Assembly: GCA_020536535.1 (NCBI GenBank)
Contig: JAHLWZ010000076.1
Location: forward strand, 26,102-90,101
Direction: 5' to 3'
From: Pelomyxa schiedti
Lineage: Eukaryota > Protista > Evosea
Length of the DNA: 64,000 nucleotides
A model generated the notes under the pieces. That model was not told where the DNA came from and made no database searches. It was given only the letters and a program-made list of their open reading frames with translations. The position numbers and the translations under genes are program-made. Shown one piece after another: positions 11,660 to 23,899 of this stretch (positions within the stretch are counted from its first letter, which is position 1; each line of letters opens with the position of its first letter).

Positions 11660-14600
11660 ATGTCAGGGGCAGCGGCTGCGGCGATGGCTGCGAAACAGGC
11701 CGAGATGCGACGTTGTCGGCCGATATATGACGCGTTGGAAATCAAGAACTACAAACTGTCGCTCAAGCTGTGCAACGGGATCTTGAAGAAACACGCGGCC
11801 GCGTCGAGTGCCACGACTTCGCTAGATCTTGTCCGCACACTGAAAGCGCTTACTCTCGCGAGCATGGGATCTAGGGAGTCGCGAATCGAAGCGGAAGAGC
11901 TTCTCGCTGTTTTGCGCTCTGCGAATCCCCGGGATGAGGGTGTTCTCGTGGCCATGCTCGCTGCGCATAGGGCCTTAAATCGTGTTGACCTGATGACTGA
12001 GGTGTACCTTTCAATATGGCGTGCACAACCAACGAACGAGAAGGCGGGGCAGGATGCCTTTTGCGCTTACGTTCGTATAGATGCTTTTTCTGAGCAGCAA
12101 TCGGTTCGTACTAAAAAAAAAAAAATCTTTCTCTGGTACTCTCTGACCTCTTGGAAGGTTGCATTGGATTTATTTCGGCAATTTGGTAATCCTATGTATT
12201 CAATGTGGCGTATAACGAGCACATTCCTACAGGTGTGTCACAAGTTGTAACTTTGTGGTTTTTCCCCTCCAAACACATAAACATATGAAGAACGAGTTCC
12301 TTTTTTCGTATTAGTTTGATTTGATATTTGCAGCTGTAGGCCCGTTGTAGCAATCCTTCTCTCGCGCCTCTTGCTGAAGCTATGTTGAAAAAATACATTG
12401 CTGAGGGGAAGCCTACTGGCATCAATGGTATCACAAAACTTCCATTAAACTTACAACCCTTCTGGAGCATACCAAGTTTTTCACTCCTCAATAGAAATTG
12501 AACTACTCTTACAAATTTTGGAGTTCCAAAACAAACTACCTGAAATGGTTTCCGTCATTGTAGGGCCACATGGCCCTTTCTTTGACAAACCTTCCCCAGA
12601 GCATCACCTCAACAGAGAATGCGAGTTGCGAATGAAGTTGAAAGAGTGGGAGAAATGTCTTGCATTGTTCACAACTTTGTTAAAGGAATACCAAACGTGA
12701 GTAATTGACATATGGTATATTGTATTTACCTGTTTAGGTTTGATTGGTGGTACTTCACTGGTTATTTGGACTGTGTCATTAATCTTTGTCAGTCCAATCA
12801 AGATCAACTCATTCCAATGCTCAACGAATTCCACACTCTACTCTTGCAGTGCCAAGAAAGAACCTCAAGCAACAGGGACACTATCAAGTATTTTCCTCCG
12901 TGACTAATCTGTAATAACCAGTTTATTTAGCCGCGGTCCTTTCCTTGCGTCCTTGGAGCTTCACAAACGTGCTCTCAACTGCAGTGTTCCTACACCATTT
13001 ACAGCTGAAACACTGCTGGGCTCCTTGGCTCAATACATCAAGCTATTTGGTACCAAGCCATCCTGTTTGCTGGACTTGAGGTTTTTCCCATAAATCAATG
13101 AAGATACTTACAACTTTTAGACCTTACTTACTTATGCTCTCGGAACTGCCGAGTCTTGACAAATCTAAGATTGAAAATCTAGTATCTATTCCAGAGTCAG
13201 AGAATTTGGAGATAACAATGAGACTTTCTCTGTTACGCCACCAAATTAATCACCTTGTCGGCCTCCACAAGGTTACAATCTTTTATTCAAGGTGCTATCT
13301 CATATAGGCCACAGACATTATCATCTGCACAAGCAGGTCCTATTATAGACGAGCTCCTTACTATGTATAGGAGATATATTGTCGCTGTTCCTCCCAAGGA
13401 CGCAATTTCTTCAGCAAACGAGTTAATCATTTTTGTGGCTTTCTTGCTTCAAGAATTGGCCTTCCGAGAAAGTATTTCAAAATGCTCTCTTTCTGGCTAA
13501 CCTGCGACAGATAAACTTGCGTACATTGTGGAAGCTATTATATTGCTTGAGTATGGCGTATCAATATCTTCACAAGATTTCAATTTTCGCACAACGCTTA
13601 TTAGCTTATACAAGTTGCTTGGTTTGTAATGTGAGCATAATCAATACAGACTAACCTCTAATTTCAGGTGCAATTGGACCAGCTGTTCAGCAGTTTTGTG
13701 ACAAACACAGTGATGTGAAGAACATTCTGTACGAAACGCTTGGACATCTTGTTTTTGACAGTGTGGTCCAAGATGGATTTCAAGTCGAGGTGTCCAACTT
13801 GAGCTCACGTTTAATGGAAGTTCACCGAGACAATGACACCGCAGTAATGTATATTCTATCGTGAAGTTTCCAACATAATATTCAGATTCCCGATAACACA
13901 GCGTTGTCTTATAAGCAAGGAACCTGGTTTCAAGTAAAAAAAAACCGTCTCTTCTAGGCTTACCCTTTTCAGATTCCCGACTTCATTGACTTCAAGAACA
14001 AGATGAAGCGTTCGCATCTCAAAGCCGCCGTTCAGGTGTATTCCGTGTGGAGTAACGTTATAAAGGAGTTCTGCACCAAGCACCCTCCACAAGTAAGTCT
14101 GTGCTATAGCTATCTTGGTAACCTCAGTGAAGGAAGCCTTCCCTAAACTTGTAAACGGACTCCGAACTTCGTTTTCCAATGCCCCAGACCATATCTATTC
14201 TACCACCCCTGAAGCCATCAATAGCCTCGAGTACTTAGCGGATAACACACCTCTCCTTTTTCCAATATGGGCACCAAATACTCAAATTGAAAGTAATGTC
14301 CCCAATTTTTGTCCCCTTCTCATGCCCTCTGCAGGTACTCCTTTAGGGTTTTCTGTTTTCTTTACTCCAAGTGACAAGCCTTTGCGGGTTATCTCAACTC
14401 GTCTGCATCGCATCGTGCTTCGCTGTTTACACTTATCTCTTTTGGTACAATAATGGTTGGATGGCTGTATTTTTACTTCTTTATAGCAACCACCCAATGC
14501 AATGGAACTGAAAAGTTCCGTTGCAGAGCTACAAACAGTAGTAGCAGAGTTTTCAAACCACCAGGCCACACAAACTTCCACCTTCAATACCCTTTTCTTC

Positions 14601-15201
14601 CGCTTTATCGAGAGCATAGTTGGTGCCGTGACGCAAGCTCTATCTGAAATGCCCTGTGAAGAATCAGTCGCCTTGAAGCTTGTCCAACAACTCTCAGGTT
14701 CAATGTTGACCTATCCTCTCTTTCTCATCAATAAACAGATTTAGCTGCATTCATAAAGGCTCCATCCTCAGTTTGTCTTAACTCCTGAAAGTATTATCTA
14801 ACAAACTTCGTAGATATTGGAACTGGGCAGCACGTTACCAGCCTTCATAGCATTTGCAAATGCGTGCATGATTTCTGAGTTGTTTATGCTGGCGGTTCCT
14901 TCCCCAAAGCGCAACCCAAAAAGAAAAACAGGCAGCACTCCACAAAATCCGGTTTGTCGTGCAATTTCCGTTGTCTTTGGCTTATCCCCTTCAGTGGTTA
15001 ACTGTCGTTCACACATTAGTACAAGCGGTGAAGAAGGAAGCACAGAAAGCCAATGCTCTCCTCACAAGTGCACAACAAACGCTACTTGTTGGTACGCCAC
15101 CAACTGGCCTACAGCCGGAACTTCTGGCTCTGTGGCAACCCACCTTGTTCCACAAGGTACCTCCAAAACACCGAAGTTGCGTAACTCTAAACGCCCTCTG
15201 A
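11660..15201 (+). CDS. NAA25: NatB N-terminal acetyltransferase auxiliary subunit (NAA25/MDM20); more than 12 introns
   Basis: The N-terminus RRCRPIYDALEIKNYKLSLKLCNGILKKH...LKALTL matches the NAA25/Mdm20 RRLRPIYD.LD..N.K.A signature; RGPFLASLEL and FGTKPSC motifs follow in later exons. Confidence 0.88.
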
Positions 15202-15892
15202 CAGGAAAAAGAAGACGCCGTGTCACAAAAGGTGTTGCTCTCATTGGTCGGCAGCTACCGAACATCGTGCACCTTCGCCGGATCAATTTTGCACCATGCC
15301 GCCGATTTGGCCAGCACCGCCTTTGCCTAAGAGCAACATTTTTCCAGTCCGTATCGTAAAATTGATGACCTTCAACGAACTTTAATTTGTCCGAGTTTCA
15401 TTTCGTTTTGTTCAAAAGGAAAAAAAAAGCACCGAGTAATGGCTGGGTGCGGTTGTAAGTTTTGAGCATTGTCGCGGGCAAAGCACGCGACACATAGACA
15501 CAGAGGCTTAAAATCGGCGATTTGTGACAACCGACGAACCGTTGGGGGTTTTGAAGGGCGATGGTTTGAGGCCTCACCACCGTTGTTGGTACTGACAGAC
15601 GTTTTCCAAGAGAACAAAGCCACATACGAAACCCTGCAACAGGCACACCTAGTAGCAGGAAAAAACTGCCGCAAACCCACCCCGTTTGTGAAAACCTCTG
15701 ATCAACCATCCACAATTTCACCATTCGCGAAGGCACGACGTGGTCAAATTGGTACTAGATCTGCAACTGCGGCGCAGCTATTTCTGTTGGTTTCCCGAAC
15801 AAAAAGATCCAATAGACAACCGCCCCAAACAAAAAGGAAAGGAAAGGAAAAGAAAAGAAAAAAAAAAAAAAAAAAGAACCAAAGGGATACAC

Positions 15893-16888
<996 letters not shown>

Positions 16889-17152
16889 TAGAACTTGGGT
16901 GTTGCTTATCTTTTTCCACACCACTGCGGTTGTTATTGTCAAAGTCACACCACGGCGTGTAGAGGAGAAGTGATATGAGATGAGAGGACAAAACCAAAGA
17001 TCACCGCAAGTACACCGGGAATCACAAATGGTAGGGCACAAATGACCTATTAATATTCCTCCTCTGGCTTTTCCTTGGTGTCATGGAACAAAAACGTCCG
17101 TATGGGCCGCTGTTCACCTAATTCGGCTTTGCTTTTCCTCTCCTAAGTGAAA

Positions 17153-18635
17153 ATGAAAGGAAGGACGGGGCGATTACATGTGTTGGGTATTGGCCTAGTG
17201 GGGTGGTTGTGGTGGGTTGCGTTAGTGTGCTCCGCCTCTGAATTCGCGCAGGCGGCTCCCACAATGCCACTGGAACAGCAGGAGCAGGGTGAGGAAGAAG
17301 TGGAGCCACGCCCCCCTCCGTTTAGAACTATGCTCAAGGACGCAATTGAGCGGGAGTATTTTGGGAGGAAGCGGGGTGGTGATGGAGGAGCCGGGGTGAT
17401 GCACCATAATGGGCGCGCGTTTGTGGAGCCTGAGTGCAGCTATCCAAAGTTTGAGAATAGAGTGGGAAGCTACCCCCTAATAACTGGCGACACATTCAGG
17501 GCCATGGCCGATTTTGTGGTAGGAAGCTTCTTTTTTGGGATTCTTGAATTCCGCTTCTTTTTCCTCCACCTCATACAATTGTCTTACTTACACCTAGTAC
17601 GACTTCACTTCATGCGAGAACGGGAAGTCCCCATTTCCAGGAGCAGTTTACTTCACCAAGGCAGAGTCTATTGAGAACTTTCTTTCACTTGACTCTAATC
17701 GGCCCCCGTATGGTTCTTTCTTGGAAACCCAGTGAGACTTACAGTAATAGCTATGTGGTTGTGACTCAAAACAGTGCTCAGGATAACCCTACATCACCCA
17801 AAGCAGCCACGTTGCTTGACGATCCCAATCTGATTGCATGGTTTGCACAAAATGCCGTAAGTATCCGAGCCACAAAGAAGGGAATACTTCTGATCACATT
17901 GTTCTGTAGATTTCTTCACATCCAAAGATGCACCCTCTCCCAGTGGGTTTGGCCAACAACTATTGGTCTCATGGGAATGTTGACACTTTCGATGAGTTAC
18001 TGGGGACATATGACCCATATGTAGGTTGACAAGGAAACAGCACAAAACAACTGAATGACTTCACTCACATCAATTCCAGCTCGCAAGTATAAGATGTATC
18101 TGAACCTTGGAGAAACTCACCCAAGTCGTGCCCCTCTGTTGCAGCAACTTAGTAAACGGAACTGGGTGCACACTTCAGGGAAAAAGAGTCACCGAGAGTA
18201 CATGGAAGATTTGAAGAACTCTACATTTGTGTTTGTAAGGCCTCTACACTCTCCAAATACAAGAAAAAGTGATCACAAAAAAAAAAAAACTCCTTATTGG
18301 AAGCAATCAAATCACTAAGGAAGAAACTCCAGAGTCCCAGAGGAAGAGGATACGATACACTGAGAGTATGGGAGTCTCTGCTGATGGGTGCTGTTCCAGT
18401 CATATTCACTGATGGGTGGCCTGAATCTATGCTGACACTTTTTGAAGACCTGCCGGTAGCAACCCTTCCATCCTCGACCCTCCGGGAACTGGAAAGGCAC
18501 CTGGACCTGTGGTGGGAGCAGAATTCCGGAAGGGCTGATTGGAACATGAACAAGGTTTTTGCGGGATATTGGATTGATAGAATCCTCAGTGCCTCTGCCC
18601 AAGCGGCCACTCACAACAACACAAGCAAACATTAG
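17153..18635 (+). CDS. Exostosin-like (GT47-related) secreted/type II glycosyltransferase; multi-exon
   Basis: N-terminal hydrophobic segment; PLITGDTFRAMADF; LIAWFAQN; HPLPVGLAN; EYMEDLKNSTFVF|SPRGRGYDTLRVWESLLMGAVPVI (the exostosin C-terminal signature). Confidence 0.8.
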
Positions 18636-18813
18636 GGAACATCATCAACATCCAGGAGAGGACACTCTGACTTGGAGTCTAACCAAATTCTCCACAAGGT
18701 TTCATGTAACCATAAAGAAAAGGAAACAGTTCACTTCTTTATCACCAACTGGGTAAATATTAATGTCATTGTCACTAGGTATTTTTACAGAGTTCCGCGC
18801 TCTACTTACAAAA

Positions 18814-20635
18814 TCAAAAGCTCTCAAAGAATCCCAGGAAGCATAACAGTGATGCCGAAATAGGGTCCACTCCAAGGCAGTTCATTGAAGGTGTGCGGAG
18901 CCAATTCATAAAGGATACCGGGCCCGTTCTGGCACTGGATATGTGATCATATGTCGTTATCATCACAAAGTAGGTGTCAGGGCTGTGCGGATTGTCAATT
19001 ACGGCGTGGCGCAGTGCTAGGACTCCATGTCTGGGTATCTCCAATCCCGAGTTACAGAATACTTTCCGCACCAGAATTTGAACACTCTCCCTCGGTAGAC
19101 TCCACTTTCCAAGGCGGACAACAATCGGGGGCATATCTGATTCTAACGATCAGTTTAAGAATTAAATGAGTTGGTAAGAGTAGGAATGTTGCTGGCATAC
19201 ACGAGATTCGGTCTAAGCTAAGGTTTAATCGCGGTAGCTGTTGGCATACCATCTGCTGATTGGACTCAGGTGGTGTAGGACATGTTGGAGCCCTGCATTT
19301 GGCGTACTTACTTGGGGCGCGGGACCTGAGACTAAACGGTGTACTCATGGATGTGTCAGGGCACTTGGGGAACATTACAACTATATTTAGGTCACCAGCT
19401 AGATGGTCTCTATTGCGAGCGGAAGGTTAGGGGTTAATTAATTAATTTTCGTCAGTGGGGATGTGAAACCTTGAGGACTTGCACAGAGACCTCAGCATAA
19501 AAACGTACTGCTCTCTTCCAGTTTTAGTGTCAATGCGGGGTGTTTTGTCAGAAGTTGAGAGAACAACAATCTTGCCAGTTTCAACTGAGCACGTGAAGCA
19601 CGTGAGCTCTTCCGCTGTGTGTGGGTTATTCTCCCGCATCACATAAGAGGTTACTTTACATGAAGAGGAGTCGCTCGCAAAGCATTTGCAAGCAATAACA
19701 GCAGCAAATAAATCCCCCTCAGACAATTTCCAGTGCAATCTCCATTCTTTTTGAACAGTCACTATTACCTTGGCGCACATGAGAAGTTCTAAACAGGCTC
19801 AAGGAAAGGTACTTTTACAGGGTGTCTGATGTACACAACTCGGTCAACGATGATTGTTGGTTTGTGCAGAGTCACTGGATGCGCATCTGGACTCCGATTT
19901 CCCGGAGCAGAGAAAACTACATGTAACCAACACTAAGTTTGGAAATGGGTGAAAGAGACCAGGCCTACCATCCGGAGTACCAGAATACTTCTCCAAACCC
20001 AACTTTCTGGTGGAAGACTGCACTTCCATTTGCAGTTCTCTCATGGAGGGTGACAATGACAGTGACAGTGAAGACTGTGACTGTGATTGTGATTGTGATT
20101 GGGTTTGTGTTTGTGTTTGAGATTGGGATGAGATTGGGGGGTTTGTGTTCTGAGTGCGAGGCGAGGATGTACGAGGTGTGGTTGTGTTGCTTCCATCAGA
20201 AGCCTCAGAGTCATCACTGCTAGAGCGCCGGTAGTGCTGGTTGAGCCCACGGGGGCTGTTGTGGCTACTGCCGCCGCCTCCACATCCACCAACGCCAAGA
20301 AACATGGAATTCAAATCGCTGGGTGATGAAAACTGGTACTGGGCGCACAGGGACGGGGAAGGGGAGGGAGAGGGCGACGGAGACGAGGATGAACAGGAGG
20401 AAGACGAGGAGGGGGGAGAATGGCGAGGGGAGGACGAAGGGGGCGACATGGAGCGACTCGTGAATTGCATCGTGTCGGCCGCGACGGTGAGGAACCCATC
20501 GGGGCCCAGCACGATCGTATATGACGACGGGGAGGACGAAGGAGGCCATGGCGACGAGGGAGGGTGTGGTGGGAGCCGTGGTGGCTGTGTGTGTTGCTGC
20601 TGTTGGGGGAGGTAGAATTGGTGTTGGTGGGCCAT
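18814..20635 (-). CDS. Putative transcription factor: S/P/Q-rich N-terminus plus beta-rich, Cys/His-containing domain (possible CudA/STAT/p53-type Ig fold)
   Basis: Low-complexity N-terminal exon; spliced core PTIIVDRVVYIRHPVK|VIVTVQKEW...LTCFTC...EQYVFMLRSLCKSSRFH...STPFSLRSRAPSK. The family assignment is inference. Confidence 0.45.
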
Positions 20636-21047
20636 GGTGGGTGGGTGATGTTGGTGGGCCGCGGCTGGGTTTGTGGTTGTGGGTTTGTTGTTGTCTGGCG
20701 GCGCAACTAGGGAGAAGCTGCGTGGTTTCTTGTTTTGGTGGCCAAATATTACGCTGGGTGACCTTTGGGAAAGGAAAAAAAAGCCACCGCGCCTTATCTG
20801 GGACCCGGTGCTTTTCTCAGAAGAACATTTTCGGCTTCGCCAGATTAGAGCTCTTTCTCAGCTGTCTCTAGATGTCATGGACAATGTGAAGATTTGTGAA
20901 AAAAAAGAGGACGACAGAGAAAAAACCAGAAGGAAACAAAGACTCAATGGCGCCATTTGGTGTCAAAAATATACTCTTACGATGCCAAACATAAAAGCTG
21001 GGAGATTTTAGTCAAACAAAGGCAAACAAAGGGAGATCTTAGAGGCA

Positions 21048-22114
21048 ATGTTTAACGGCGACTCTGGCGGGAAGGGGGATGTTGGTGATACTGACGATAT
21101 CTATGCTGTGATACGTGCATCCATGGCTTTCAAAATTCATGCGGCTGCCGCTGCAGCACTGTGTTTGGCATCATTCATTGGTGTGCCTGTGCTGCATAAT
21201 TCTAGTTTAAAGCAGTAGACCTCACTTGCGTTTTACTCACTCGATTCTTTTTCCCGGACAGCTTGGGTGTTTCTAGATTTTTGGTACCAGTCACTGCCAT
21301 GGTACATAAAAATGCCGCATAGTTTGTTCTGATTGGTTAAGGTTCATATTCCCATTTTGGCTGAGCGTGGTTTCCCTGTGTAGCCATTACTTTATATTTC
21401 TGAGACCAACTCGCGACCTTCTAAGTCTTCACTTGGCCTGTTACTTAATCACCAATCTGGTCATTTTCGGTACAGCTTTGTTTCGCTCTTAGTATCTAAA
21501 CTCTCTGTAGTCCTGTGGCTATCTATCGATCACACTCGCACATATACGTGGTTCTTGTATTCGTTTATTCTGTGGGGAGCCTTATTAGGGGTGCACGCAA
21601 TCGCTGTTATGGTTCTGGAGAATGCTTACCAGTGGGTTTACGCAGACGGTGTAGTCTATGCGGGTACTCCATTCCATCAAGCTTAAGTTGATTCCGATTT
21701 GACTAGGTGTTAACATGTTCTTGTTTCTGATTTGGATGGACACCCGCTGCAAAATTCCCTGGTTCGTCTGGCCTGCCTTGGGAACAGTATTGCCCATGCT
21801 GTACCACTATTCTGTTGTAGCACATGCTTCATGGTTTGCTGTTCACGCAATGGCCTTTGCTGACATCAATGTGATGCTGTTCCTTACTTGGATTATTGTC
21901 GGAATGGGTTTCCCGGTATGAAAGGGCGAACAAGTTCCCGTCACCAACTAATGTGTCACAGTGGTTCGCGTTCCCTCTCGTAGCATGGACCGGAGTTCTT
22001 ATTGTGCACTACATCATGTGGCCGCCTCCCTCCCGCATTGCCCTCTCTGACGCCTTTGGTATCCAACCATCTCCCTCTTTACCGTCTCACCCCCTGACAG
22101 CCTACCAAACGTGA
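21048..22114 (+). CDS. Polytopic membrane protein with four tandem 2TM-domain-like repeats
   Basis: Spliced product repeats the pattern H......N..LF..W.......PWF..P...W...L..HY four times (e.g. WFAVHAMAFADINVMLFLTWIIVGMGFP|WFAFPLVAWTGVLIVHY). The 3' end is uncertain (22114, or 22213 if a further intron is used). Confidence 0.7.
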
Positions 22115-22310
22115 CCAGGCTTGCACTCCCGGAAAAAGTGGAAAAACCAACAACTGGAAATCAATCACCAACACCATCACAAAAAAATAAAGAAATTCTT
22201 CTTCCTTGAGTGACGCCGACGCTTTGTAATGCTAGGTATTCGAGTCGTTTGTTTCGTCGCAGAACGTCATGCAACTGTGAGTGACTTTTTGTTATTGTTG
22301 TCACAACTAG

Positions 22311-23825
22311 GCTCGTGGTACATACGTGCTTCACCACCGTCTCCTGCTGAACAAGCACCAGGAGCACAATGCACAACACCAACACACCAACGGCAACAGC
22401 AACCGCAACCACAAATACAAATGCAAATGCAAATACAACCACAACCACAACGACAATCACCTCCGCGGGAACAACAGCTAGAAAGAGTGGTTGTTCAAAA
22501 CCATGCTACGAGTTGTAGCACACAATCACAGGCCCAGGCTCCTGTCACAGGTAAAAAAAAAAAAACGGGAGAGGGGAACCAAAGAATCTCGAGTTAACTC
22601 TCACTCTTAATCAGCAGAATCTCGCGGTGACATCACTATGACAACAGGAGCGAATGATGCCACTCCTAGGCAACCACCACCTAAACGGCTGAGGTCACCA
22701 CCAGCCAATGAAACGGAAGGTACACGTGTAGATCATTCCGTGCAGGCTCCTCCTCTTCCCCCACCTTCCCTTTCTTGTGCTGCTATACTTGGGGAAAAAG
22801 TAGGTGGTAAAGGTACACCACTCCCAAACTAAAACAAAACATCTATATCTCACTATCGTATAAAGAAGCGAGCCAACAAGCCCCAGGCCCAGATTCTCAC
22901 ATTGCACCAATAATCGAAAAGGCTCTTGAGCAAGCCACTTCACAATTACGTTGTCAAGTGCAGCAAAGTCTGCGTGATATAGAGGGTTTGTGGTACTTTA
23001 TTTTGTGTGTCTGTGTAAGATCAGTTGATTCTGAAACTATTATATTGCCTTGCCCCACTCGATTTCCACGGCACCCAAATGAAATTCTCCTGCCTTCAAT
23101 AATACCGTCCACTACCTAACTCACAAAACATCTTGGATTTCTTGTTGTAATTCTCGTATCACTAATGCTTTTGCAGAAGAAAATTGGTTGAGGCAGAAGA
23201 CACAAGTTCTAATCAATGAAAGCAACCCCTTCCTTCTCCCATGCAATATACAACATACTAATACAACCCAACAAGCTTATTTACAATAACACAACAGTGC
23301 ATCGACCGCCCTGGCAGACGAGATGTAGTCCTAGACCTCAAAGACAGAGATATTGAGCGACTGCGTAAACGACTGAACGAAGAACGGGAAAGAAATCAAT
23401 CATGCCCGGCAAGCGAAAAACACCAGCTGGAGCAAATGCGGTCACAATTGCAGGAACAGAAGATAGCACGCGAGGCTCAACTCCTCCAGCAAGCAATACA
23501 ACGCAAGGAAGCTGAGAAAACCTATCAAGAACTCTGCGCTGCCGCGGAAAAGAAAGCCGAGGCCGTTGAAGCCGAGTCGGCACAAATGGTGCAAAAGGTG
23601 AAGCAAATGGAACGGTCAGTACAGGATACACTTGCTGCAATCGATGAAGTGAGGCAAAAGTGTGCTGCTGCAGATGAACTGAAGAGAACCACAACAAAGG
23701 AGCTCACTGAGACCCAGGCTAGAATAGATTCGCTGACAAAGCAAATTGCAGAAACACAGCAGGCAACTACCAAATTCACCGCAAAACTAGACACCATCCT
23801 GTCAGTCTTTAACAAGAACGAATAA
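22311..23825 (+). CDS. Hypothetical Q/P-rich protein with C-terminal coiled coil; multi-exon, 5' end unresolved
   Basis: Exons SPPSPAEQAPG..., PRQPPPKRLRSPP (NLS-like) and IIEKALEQATSQLRCQV, plus a last exon from about 23298 (DLKDRDIERLRKRLNEE...LDTILSVFNKNE*), bounded by GT/AG sites. Confidence 0.5.
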
Positions 23826-23899
23826 AACAATAAAACAAAACATGCTAATTATTGAGCTCTCAAAAGAAAAAAAAAAATTAAAAATACGAAGGTGCGTTG

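Noticed and set aside
15420-15450. Minus-strand ...CTCGGTGCTTTTTTTTT resembles the 3' end of a Cas9 tracrRNA
   Set aside because: The match is short, the context is eukaryotic, and the window has no cas genes or repeat-spacer array.
15638-15660. CAGG...AGCAGG resembling SRP RNA helix 8
   Set aside because: The intervening bases neither pair nor form a GNRA tetraloop.
22058-22118. GTATCC donor resembling a U12-type 5' splice site
   Set aside because: It lacks the full RTATCCTT and a TCCTTAAC branch site, and it may not be an intron at all.
22130-22280. Possible UGA read-through/selenocysteine at 22207-22209 (open frame on both sides)
   Set aside because: There is no redox motif or recognisable SECIS; an unresolved UTR/intron structure explains it more simply.
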